Virus record (IMG/VR): IMGVR_UViG_3300017492_000173
Location: 3,925-67,924 of that record
Length of the DNA: 64,000 nt
From: a virus
Taxonomy: Duplodnaviria; Caudoviricetes
Strand: one strand, 5' to 3'
Part shown: piece after piece, positions 47,827 through 56,136 of the stretch
Numbering within the stretch: position 1 is the first letter of the stretch
Layout of the letters: each line of letters opens with the position of its first letter
The notes under the pieces: model-generated
Seen by the model: only the letters and a program-made list of their open reading frames with translations
Databases searched by the model: none
Told to the model about the DNA's origin: nothing
Program-made: the position numbers and the translations under genes

Positions 47827-48495
47827 TTAGGATAATAAATAAGCGAGGAAACCGTCACTGTTTCCGTTGTTCTTCTCAAGGTATTCAGCGTAAGCCTTGC
47901 ACAACGTCTCAAACTCGGCATTTGTCATCTGGCACTCCACGTACCCGCACTTGAAATGTTCCGGGAATTTCTTTGTGAGGTTGAGCTCTTTGTCGTTCAT
48001 CTTGTCGTCATAATCATAGAGATTCCATGCGACACTGCCGGTGAAGTCGCTTATCGACTCACGGTCGAAGTTGTGCTTCAAGATGTCAACGTCATCCTCG
48101 CCATAATGCAGGTTGTCCTTCACAAGGAACTCCTTTTGCTCCTCTTCCGTGAAGTTTTCCGCACGGCGGACGCTCACCACCGGCTTCTTCTTGAACTTCC
48201 TCCAGAATTCCCGAAGCCCCTCCTTCTCCTCACTTGGCATAAGGCGGAACTTCTTTTGGTTAAAAAGGTAGTCCTCGATTTCGTCCTCGTCCATCTTGAC
48301 GATTTTCCTCAATACCGACAGGCGCATGTTGCCGCCCAACACGATGTTGTCTTCGTTCACTATGAGTGGACGCGCTTCCATCATACCCGGAAAGACCAAA
48401 ACGCTTTCCGTCAGCTTCCCCTCCATGAACTCGCTAAGAGTCCGTGGGTTCTCCGCATTCTCCTTCAGCTTGTTTATGTCAATTCTCTCATTCAT
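47827..48495 (-). CDS. ParB/Srx-like protein (paralog of the previous gene)
   Basis: NAENPRTL, VLGGNMR, KDNLHYGE; promoter at 48519-48526. Confidence 0.75.
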   Translation of the reverse strand: MNERIDINKLKENAENPRTLSEFMEGKLTESVLVFPGMMEARPLIVNEDNIVLGGNMRLSVLRKIVKMDEDEIEDYLFNQKKFRLMPSEEKEGLREFWRKFKKKPVVSVRRAENFTEEEQKEFLVKDNLHYGEDDVDILKHNFDRESISDFTGSVAWNLYDYDDKMNDKELNLTKKFPEHFKCGYVECQMTNAEFETLCKAYAEYLEKNNGNSDGFLAYLLS

Positions 48496-48631
48496 GCCTG
48501 TAATTGTCTTTTTTCCTGCAAAGTTATCAAAATATTATGAAACACACAATATATTAAATATAAATATTGCCAATATGATATATTTTACAGAAAAAGACGA
48601 AATAACAGGCGTAAATGTCGAGAATGAGAGC

Positions 48632-48937
48632 CTATCCGAACATCAGCTCATGGACTCTCAACAGGATTTCCGTGCTTATCTGAGCCGAACAGAACCACAT
48701 GTTCGCGCCAGCGGCAGAACATCTCTCGCTGTGCCCGCCGAACATGGGCTCTCCGAAGAAGCCGAGCCGCACTTCCGTCAGATCAAGCCACTCGACATCT
48801 TGGCAGTATCGGGGAGCCTGTGTGTCCGCGAACTTTATTCTGCCATTCTTGCGGCTTTCCAGTTTCTTGCGAATGTCATTGAGAAGTTCATTACGGAGTT
48901 CCTTGACTTGCTGTTTGTATGTGCTTGTTGCTTTCAT
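48632..48937 (-). CDS. Hypothetical protein
   Basis: 101 aa after promoter at 48983-48990. Confidence 0.55.
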   Translation of the reverse strand: MKATSTYKQQVKELRNELLNDIRKKLESRKNGRIKFADTQAPRYCQDVEWLDLTEVRLGFFGEPMFGGHSERCSAAGANMWFCSAQISTEILLRVHELMFG

Positions 48938-49117
48938 AATTGTGGAGTTTTAATTGTTGTTTGTTTGTCTTATTTGCTGATACAAAGATAGCAATTCTTT
49001 ATCATTCCACCAAATATTTCAGATAATTAATTTATCGTATTTGATAAAATAATTATCTATTATACAAACACAAGGGCGTGGCTGCACATAAGAAGGACAA
49101 GGTGAAGTCGGAGGCTT

Positions 49118-49852
49118 TCAGTCTTTCACGGCAAGCATGGCACAGAAATTAAGGTAACGCCAAAACGTGTCTATCTTGCGGAAGCCCGCTGTCTTCAACA
49201 GGTTCTCGTTCATCTGCGCCGTGAGCGGCACAAGCGAGCCTTCAAGACTTCTCCTTTTGAATTTGATTTGCTCCTCCGTATATTGGTTCTCGCGCTTCAA
49301 GTCGTAGTATTCGCCCACCAGCACCTTGTCAATGTCATAGCTGTTGCCCATGACCTTTTCCACCAAGACCAACGCGCCGCCACGCTCAAGCGAGTCATAT
49401 ATGCTCTTGAAGATGAACTGGCGGTATTCTATCGGCGTGAATTGGATTGTCAGGCAAGAGAGGATGAGGGAGCAGCCTTTCACGGGCAACCCCTCACGCA
49501 GGTCGCTGTACTTGACGCTCACATACCCTTCCCTTATCTCTGATGAATATCTCTTCCTGCACTCCTCTATCATCGGCTCGCTGACATCGGTCAAGACGAA
49601 ATTGCACTTTGAGCCGAAACGCTCTATCAACAGTTCCGAAGAAGCCCCTACCGAGCACCCGATGTCAAGCACGTTAGTTCCCTCCCTGACGAAGTTACGG
49701 GCCATGCGGAAAACAAGGTCGCGCATGCTCTCATAATTCGGTATGGAACGAGACAGCATGTCATTGAAGACATTCGTCACTTCCTCGTTGAACTGCCACT
49801 TGCCTGTCTGTATGACGGCATCATGGCTTGGATTCCTCTCTATCCTGCACAT
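49118..49852 (-). CDS. cmoA: CmoA-like carboxy-S-adenosylmethionine synthase
   Basis: WQFNEEVTNVFNDMLSRSIPNYE, VLDIGCSVGA, LTIQF, GGALVLVEK, YYDLKRENQYTEEQIKFKRRSLE and AGF...FW...NF track CmoA along its whole length. Confidence 0.8.
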   Translation of the reverse strand: MCRIERNPSHDAVIQTGKWQFNEEVTNVFNDMLSRSIPNYESMRDLVFRMARNFVREGTNVLDIGCSVGASSELLIERFGSKCNFVLTDVSEPMIEECRKRYSSEIREGYVSVKYSDLREGLPVKGCSLILSCLTIQFTPIEYRQFIFKSIYDSLERGGALVLVEKVMGNSYDIDKVLVGEYYDLKRENQYTEEQIKFKRRSLEGSLVPLTAQMNENLLKTAGFRKIDTFWRYLNFCAMLAVKD

Positions 49853-50277
49853 TGGTTTTCGGCTTCTGTCTCATCCTTCGGCTTGCGGTAGTTCACTATC
49901 TCCAGAGACAAAGCCTGCATGATACGGTCAAGGTTGCGCGTGGACGGCATCCGCTTCCCCGTAATTATGGAAGCGACGGAGCATTTGTTGATTCCCGACA
50001 TTTTCTCCACGTCCGCGATGCGGTAATGCAGCTGCTTGACGCGGAAACGCAGAATGTCGGGCAATTGGTCGGCAGACACTTCCGTCAATGTCATCCCTTC
50101 GGGCGCGACCGAAAGGCGAAGATACTGGAGCACGTCTATAAACATCTTGTATGGCATAGTCCTTTTCCCGTGCAAAAACGCATTGAAATTGGAAATGGTC
50201 AGACCCAAGTCCTTACACAGCATGGACTGGTTCACGCCGCGCACGTTCATTTTCTCCTGTATCTGTTCTCTTATCAT
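49840..50277 (-). CDS. Tandem double XRE-HTH regulator
   Basis: Two HTH repeats (SNFNAFLHGKR; SVASIITGKR). Stop overlaps the cmoA start; promoter at ~50297. Confidence 0.75.
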   Translation of the reverse strand: MIREQIQEKMNVRGVNQSMLCKDLGLTISNFNAFLHGKRTMPYKMFIDVLQYLRLSVAPEGMTLTEVSADQLPDILRFRVKQLHYRIADVEKMSGINKCSVASIITGKRMPSTRNLDRIMQALSLEIVNYRKPKDETEAENQCAG

Positions 50278-50499
50278 GCTTTGTATTTCGTCCTGCAAAG
50301 TTAGTAAAATCCTGCCAAACAAAAGCATTTTCAACGCCCATTTATCAAAATTTGGACCAAAACGCTTGCATATCAGATAATATTTGAGTACCTTTGCACA
50401 TAAGAATGATACATTCCTTCTTATTCTATTTCAATTTTTGCCCACAAGCTGGGTTCATTTTGTTATAGTTTTTGGATGGTGTATTATCTTATTTGCATA

Positions 50500-50537
50500 G
50501 GAGCGGCTCGCTTGTGAAAGTGGGCCGTCCGTTTTTT
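50500..50537 (+). terminator. Hairpin + T-tract
   Basis: GGAGCGGCTCGCTT-GTGA-AAGTGGGCCGTCC followed by GTTTTTT. Confidence 0.6.
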
Positions 50538-50538
50538 C

Positions 50539-51072
50539 TCACCCACATCCCTCCACATTCGGAATATCCATCCAGTGCGACACGGCTTCGGTCGGATGAC
50601 AGTCCTCATCCACAAACGCCATTCCTCCCTTGCCGTCATTGACGAGCCTCGCCAAGAACAGATGATTCCCTTCCTCCGGTTTAGCTTTGCACAAGACGTA
50701 TTTGCCGGATCTTGGGCATTCCTTTGAGAAGTCATGCCATAGGGAACTGCGGAAACGCTCTGCTCCCTTGACAAAAGCTATCTCCGCAACACGCCCAAGA
50801 GCCGCTGCGGTTGACAACGTTGCTCCATTTTTCACGAACTGCGCTTTCATCTTTACTCCATAGACCTCTGTGTCGGCAAGGAACTGCTTACCCAACACTC
50901 GCTCAACGAGCAATCTTTCTTTCGGTTCCATACTCACGAACAGCTTGCCATGAACAAAAGGGAGTACATCAATACAGTGTATGCCAAGACCACTAAGGAC
51001 TCCATACACCCGAGTTTTCTTTTCGCCACAGCACCTAACGCGATGCAAAACTGCATAAAGAATATTATGCAA
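50539..51072 (-). CDS. Hypothetical protein with a DUF551-like C-terminus
   Basis: Ends with EAVSHWMDIP. Confidence 0.55.
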   Translation of the reverse strand: MHNILYAVLHRVRCCGEKKTRVYGVLSGLGIHCIDVLPFVHGKLFVSMEPKERLLVERVLGKQFLADTEVYGVKMKAQFVKNGATLSTAAALGRVAEIAFVKGAERFRSSLWHDFSKECPRSGKYVLCKAKPEEGNHLFLARLVNDGKGGMAFVDEDCHPTEAVSHWMDIPNVEGCG

Positions 51073-51116
51073 AGGATTGTGATTGCTGCTATTTTCATAA
51101 GCTCTTTTTTAGTTAA

Positions 51117-51860
51117 TTATTTATTTTGTATCGTTACTTTGTATTTATCTTTCAGTTTATCCACTCCGATGGCTTCGCGTTCTATCTCCGCCACTTCTTT
51201 GTCAAAGTGATTCCATTTCAAAGCGTCAAGTCCTGCCGCATCGATGTTCGCTGGGTCAAGCAACTTATCCGAGAACGCTTCAAACGCCTTTATGCTCGCA
51301 TAGTTCTTTGTGGGTTCAAGTTTGTATTTGTCCGGCTGAAGCAACAGCTGCACTACTTTGTCAAAGAAAATATCCGCATCGGACATACACGCTGGTCGAT
51401 AATCCTCCCTAATGTCAAAGCCGTGTTTCTCATAGAACAGGTCAAAGAACTTATCCCACAAGTTCCTCGCAAGGTGTATCATCGTCATTGCCATCTCCAC
51501 TTGCGCCTTGAAGCGTGTGTCATCCATTCCTCTCTTGTCAAAATACATCTTGAATGTGAGATACAAGTCAAATACAGTCTTTTCCATACGCTTTGACACA
51601 CGGATGCCATAATCGATGACAAGGTTCTTGTATCTCTTTTCACCGAGATTGAGCCATTCAAAGAAATCGTCAAAATTCGATTTGGATATGGTAAGCCATT
51701 TCGCGAGATGGCCACGGATCAGTCCTCGTTCCTCGCACTCGTCATAGACTTTCAAGAACTCATCCTGTGCGATGACTATCACAGGCACCACCTGCGTCCA
51801 AAACAAGGATGAGGCTTCGCGTCTGGCTTTTCCAATCTGTTCTGCAGTCAGTTCCGTCAT
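51117..51860 (-). CDS. Hypothetical protein
   Basis: 247 aa, ATGA-coupled to the ThiF gene. Confidence 0.7.
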   Translation of the reverse strand: MTELTAEQIGKARREASSLFWTQVVPVIVIAQDEFLKVYDECEERGLIRGHLAKWLTISKSNFDDFFEWLNLGEKRYKNLVIDYGIRVSKRMEKTVFDLYLTFKMYFDKRGMDDTRFKAQVEMAMTMIHLARNLWDKFFDLFYEKHGFDIREDYRPACMSDADIFFDKVVQLLLQPDKYKLEPTKNYASIKAFEAFSDKLLDPANIDAAGLDALKWNHFDKEVAEIEREAIGVDKLKDKYKVTIQNK

Positions 51861-52630
51861 AGTCCGATAGGGTTCACTTTCATTGATTTCAGATTGAGAT
51901 ACACGCCTCGACAGTCAAGAGAGCCTTGACTTATGAGCTTCCACAAAAGGCTACAGCCGAAGTCGCTCAATGTAGAGTTGACAAACAAGTCCTGCTTGCG
52001 CAACGCTTCTGCCAGTGAGCAACTCGGCCCGCTGTCATCATCGTTCACCTTTGTCAAGTCGAACTGTTCGTCAACGCACTGGAGCGACGCAACTGTCTCT
52101 ATGCCTTCCATTTTCGGCTGCTTTATCGGCTCTACCGTTCCTATCACCACCTGCCCCATGTCCGTGGCGTTGCCGAAATCGAGCCAGTAGTATGCGGTAT
52201 TCTCGTCAGAGCGGCACCGGTTTTTGACGCTGCGCAGATACTTTCCTGTATCAATCCTTGCCTTTACATTGTCAACGCACGTAATGGTGATATTAGACGA
52301 CTTTTCTTCCGTCCGACAAGGATAAGCCGCTGGCTCCGCGTCCCAATCAAGCCCGAAGAAACGGTTCACGCGAGTTATTAACACCGAAGCCTTGTTTGCG
52401 CCCACCTCCATGCTGGTGAAAAGCTGCCTCCCAAGATTCGGCACCGTTACAATGTCATTGTCGTAGGCTGTCACCTTGAGCCCCAAATGACCGAGGCTGC
52501 GCAAAGCGCAGTTTATCCTTGCGAGAGCCGTCAGCACTTGGCATCCAGTTCCACCCGCCCCTACCACATCAACGGTCAACGGATGGTAAGGGTTGAGCAA
52601 GTAATTATCTGTATAATGTACCTTCCTCAT
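51857..52630 (-). CDS. PRTRC system ThiF/E1-like protein
   Basis: VVGAGGTG, DNDIV...NLGRQ, ITCVDN, YWLDFGN and PSCSLAEAL..QDLFVN. Start moved to ATG 52630. Confidence 0.9.
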   Translation of the reverse strand: MRKVHYTDNYLLNPYHPLTVDVVGAGGTGCQVLTALARINCALRSLGHLGLKVTAYDNDIVTVPNLGRQLFTSMEVGANKASVLITRVNRFFGLDWDAEPAAYPCRTEEKSSNITITCVDNVKARIDTGKYLRSVKNRCRSDENTAYYWLDFGNATDMGQVVIGTVEPIKQPKMEGIETVASLQCVDEQFDLTKVNDDDSGPSCSLAEALRKQDLFVNSTLSDFGCSLLWKLISQGSLDCRGVYLNLKSMKVNPIGL

Positions 52631-53328
52631 TTCATCATCTCCTTCAATGTCATTTTGACTGGTATAAGGACCTCTGACGGGAATGGTCCGCCTGTCTCTA
52701 TCAAACGCTTTGTCAGTACGGCGAGATTGCCCTTTATTGGATTGCCGCCGAGAATATGGCTGAACTCCGACAGCCAAAACATCTTTTCCCAATAGTCGAT
52801 GACATTGGCAAAAGTCCTGTCATCAGGCTTCCTCACTTTGGAGTTTCCGAGACAAACATATTCTTCGCTGACATTCATAAACGGTGCTCGGAACAATCTG
52901 CCTGTGGGCTTCCTCCCTTTGAACGCGAACATCTGGAGTTCGTCGTTTTTAACCGCCCATAGAAGCCCCGGCACATTCATCCTGCCGTCGGGTATTCCCA
53001 AGCCCTCCTTGAAATAGACGTGCCGCTCTTCTGGCTCATGATACCACACAAGCCTTTCATCGCCGACAGACGTGCTGCAATAAAGCAGGTTTCTTGGCAC
53101 AACGCCATGTATGCTGTTGTCAAGCTGGGCGTTGCCTGCCTGTACGTTCCGCATGAGCTTTGCGTAATCCCTTTCCGTAAGTGGCTTGCCTGCGCCCATT
53201 CTGCCATTGCGTATGCTTCTGCGCTCCAAATAGTACCTGCCGTTTTCATAACGGTTGTCAGTCCGATACGCTATGATGGCGGCGTATGGCTTGTACACAT
53301 CCTGCATTATGTTTATCAGCTTACTCAT
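52627..53328 (-). CDS. PRTRC system protein B (prokaryotic E2-like)
   Basis: LVWY..PEERHVYF, PGLLWAV, LFRAPFMNV...VCLGN, WEKMFWLSEFSH. Confidence 0.85.
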   Translation of the reverse strand: MSKLINIMQDVYKPYAAIIAYRTDNRYENGRYYLERRSIRNGRMGAGKPLTERDYAKLMRNVQAGNAQLDNSIHGVVPRNLLYCSTSVGDERLVWYHEPEERHVYFKEGLGIPDGRMNVPGLLWAVKNDELQMFAFKGRKPTGRLFRAPFMNVSEEYVCLGNSKVRKPDDRTFANVIDYWEKMFWLSEFSHILGGNPIKGNLAVLTKRLIETGGPFPSEVLIPVKMTLKEMMK

Positions 53329-54469
53329 TTATGCAATCTAAGAAATCAAGATACCACTCCAACCACCGCATGGGATAGTCGGACTTTTCTATTCTGTCTT
53401 TCACGCTTGACAAAGGCACGGCCTGCAAGAGGATTGTCGCGGAAGCGTCCGCGCTGCTGTTGAACACGTCTATCACGGTCTTCATCACCTCGTCATCCAT
53501 TTCCCATGTGAACAAGAACTGACGCTCGAACTCCATTACCTCATACGCATCCACCTCGTCATCAAGTAAAGACTCGTCACCAAGCCTGTACCTAATGAAA
53601 CGAAGCTCATAGTCCAGCAGATTGTCCTCATTGTACAGTTCAATCCCTTTTTCAAGGAAATCCAACAATAGGTATGTGGGCTTGCAGGCGTATGGAGTTA
53701 TCGGATAGCTTTCAATACCCTTTTCCCTGTATCTTCGTATGCCTTGCCTCATTTTGTTGACGAGGGCTCCCCTCATGGTCGCATACCTTATTCTGCGCTT
53801 TCTTATCTCCTTAAAGTACCGGGCTATGTCACCATTGACATATCTGTCTGCAAGCAGTGCGTAATCCGACTTGCTCTCTCCCATGAAGTCTTCCAGCTCG
53901 ATGTTGTCCGAGTCATCGTTCAGCCCAAGGCAGTACCGCATCTCATAGCTCGCGTCCGGGAGCAGGAATGGCGACACTATCTCAAGGTAGGTGAAGAAGT
54001 CCGTCAGTATCTCCCTTAGTTCCACATCGACAAGGCTCAATACCTTTATCGGCATGAAGAATAGCTTGTAGGTGTCGAAATCATCGAACTCACGGTATAT
54101 CACAAACTCGTCATGCGGCATTTGGCTTCCCTCGTCTTTAACCTTTACGAGGTCTATCCCCGTGAATTCGCCAAGATTGCCACGCAGCATTTTCAACAGG
54201 CTGGACACGTCTTGGAAAACTTTGCCTGTTTGTCGGAAATCAAACTGCTTGCCGATGGCGCGGAAGTAATTCGCCGCTTGCTTTGTGAGCGAGACGGCAT
54301 CAACACCTCCACACCGCTCAGTTACAGTTTCCAGCTTGCTTACTGACAGTTCCTCAAAGCGGAAATTCAGAAAATTATCGAACATCCTTGCTTTGGCAGG
54401 ACGGCTCTGCTTTCCTCCCAAGCTGCCCCTTGCTCCAAAACGCTTCCCAAACTCTGATGAAACTGCCAT
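53321..54469 (-). CDS. PRTRC system protein F-like (by position)
   Basis: 382 aa between the C and B genes; assignment mainly from cassette order. Confidence 0.55.
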   Translation of the reverse strand: MAVSSEFGKRFGARGSLGGKQSRPAKARMFDNFLNFRFEELSVSKLETVTERCGGVDAVSLTKQAANYFRAIGKQFDFRQTGKVFQDVSSLLKMLRGNLGEFTGIDLVKVKDEGSQMPHDEFVIYREFDDFDTYKLFFMPIKVLSLVDVELREILTDFFTYLEIVSPFLLPDASYEMRYCLGLNDDSDNIELEDFMGESKSDYALLADRYVNGDIARYFKEIRKRRIRYATMRGALVNKMRQGIRRYREKGIESYPITPYACKPTYLLLDFLEKGIELYNEDNLLDYELRFIRYRLGDESLLDDEVDAYEVMEFERQFLFTWEMDDEVMKTVIDVFNSSADASATILLQAVPLSSVKDRIEKSDYPMRWLEWYLDFLDCINE

Positions 54470-54495
54470 AGCCTTTCCGCTTCCTTCTTATCCAT

Positions 54496-54705
54496 CTATC
54501 CCTTTGTCCCTACGGTTGTCTTGAACTCATACACCGCTTTGCCACCCTCTATCTTAGGGCCATGAACATTACTTGTCGTAAGCTCTGGATATTGGTTGCT
54601 GTAAAAGTTCATCACTTCTTCGGGCGACATGTTGGGATTTGGGTCAGACAAGACAATCGCTCCATGTTTGAACACCCTCTTGTAATTCTGAATGTTTAGT
54701 GCCAT
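54496..54705 (-). CDS. PRTRC system protein C (ubiquitin-like)
   Basis: LSDPNPNMSPEEVMNFYSNQYPELT...YEFKTTVGTKG, ending in Gly. Confidence 0.9.
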   Translation of the reverse strand: MALNIQNYKRVFKHGAIVLSDPNPNMSPEEVMNFYSNQYPELTTSNVHGPKIEGGKAVYEFKTTVGTKG

Positions 54706-54720
54706 GATTACCTCCTTTCG

Positions 54721-55329
54721 CTATTCTTCATCCTCACTTGTTTCCGCCTTTGCCGCAGGTTTTGTCTTGCTTGCGGACAACTTGACATTCTTTCCGTCAC
54801 TCTTGTCCTCCACCTCTGCGCCGAACATCGAGCCTTCTCCGAGTGCATCCTTTATTTTCTTACGGAGAGTATCAACCTTGGCCATATCGCCGCCTTTCTC
54901 TTTGACGATTTTCTCGGCATTGTCAAGACAAGTGTTAGCATCCTTAAACTTGCTTTCCTTGAAGTTCGTCTCTGCAAGCGCATACCAGCCGTTGAGGTCG
55001 GCTTTACGTTTGGCAGCTTCCTCTTTGGCTTTCTTCTCCATTTCGCTTGCGTTCTTGGCTGCTTCCTGCGCCTTCTCGAAGTCGCCCACGTTAGAGAGGA
55101 ACGACAGGGATTTCTGCATCGGCTGTTTGACAGCCTCGATGAAGCCCTCGTCCATTTCCTGCGCCGTGCCGTTCACGCAAAGCGGGATGATTTTGCTCTT
55201 GGCCGCATCCTTCACGAGACCGTTGCCTGGCAACACACTCACGGACAGACCGTCCGCTCTCTTGGCGATGGTTATAGCAAGTGTGCTTCCCACGCCCATA
55301 ATTTCTGATAATTGCTTGAAAAATTCCAT
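54721..55329 (-). CDS. PRTRC system protein E
   Basis: LSVSVLP...IIPLCVNGTAQEMDEGF, followed by a TPR-like helix pair. Confidence 0.85.
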   Translation of the reverse strand: MEFFKQLSEIMGVGSTLAITIAKRADGLSVSVLPGNGLVKDAAKSKIIPLCVNGTAQEMDEGFIEAVKQPMQKSLSFLSNVGDFEKAQEAAKNASEMEKKAKEEAAKRKADLNGWYALAETNFKESKFKDANTCLDNAEKIVKEKGGDMAKVDTLRKKIKDALGEGSMFGAEVEDKSDGKNVKLSASKTKPAAKAETSEDEE

Positions 55330-55428
55330 TTGTTAAATTGTTGAATGTTAATGTATTGTCTTATTTGCTGCCACAAAGATAGCAACATTTTATCAATTCT
55401 GCAAGCATTTGAGAAATTTTTTTTGTCA

Positions 55429-56136
55429 TCAAGGCAAATTTTCCCAAATATCCCTTTGGTTTCCGCCTTTTTTCTTCGCCGTTCTCTTTTTCTTGTCCGC
55501 ATCCTTGAACATGTCAAAAACAGGTTCCTCGCCTTTCTCTTTCAGTTTCCTCCTCCACTCCTCGTACGATATGGCGTTTCTTCTGCTTTCCTCGTCCTCC
55601 CTTGTTCGGCGTTCTTCCTCGTCGCGCTCCCACTTTCTGGCGAGGTCTCGCCTTTTGTCATTGAGGAAAGCGTTGAACGACTTGATTATCCGCATCGGGT
55701 CCACCGAGCCGTAGAAATCCTCGTACACCCCAGACCGCAACCTTGCGCAGAACAGGACGAACTCCATCATTGTGGTTTGCGGTTGTTCGCACAGTATCTG
55801 CTCACACACGGCATTTATCTGCCAGTCGCTCATCTTCTCCCTGACATTGGCGAACACGCTCACTGCTATCATCTGCGCTTTCATCCACGTCAGCGCGGCG
55901 TTCTCCACGACCGTTCCGTCTTTGGCTGGCATGCCGGAATACGCCTCAGACAGGACACCGAGCGTCGGCGACTGTATTTCGGAACAGAGGTCTATCGTCG
56001 GGCAGGCGCTGATGACGCAAATCTGCAAATCCACAGGGAACATCGCGGTGATGGCGCTTGGCGTGTACCGCCTGCGCAAAGCCAATGCGGCCTCACTGAT
56101 TCTGCCAGTAGCATTCGTCAGCCTTCTTGATGTCAT
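55429..56136 (-). CDS. Replication accessory/helicase-loader-like hypothetical protein
   Basis: MEFVLFCARLRSGVYEDFYGSVDP..I motif; follows the initiator. Start uncertain (ORF track gives 56226). Confidence 0.5.
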   Translation of the reverse strand: MTSRRLTNATGRISEAALALRRRYTPSAITAMFPVDLQICVISACPTIDLCSEIQSPTLGVLSEAYSGMPAKDGTVVENAALTWMKAQMIAVSVFANVREKMSDWQINAVCEQILCEQPQTTMMEFVLFCARLRSGVYEDFYGSVDPMRIIKSFNAFLNDKRRDLARKWERDEEERRTREDEESRRNAISYEEWRRKLKEKGEEPVFDMFKDADKKKRTAKKKGGNQRDIWENLP

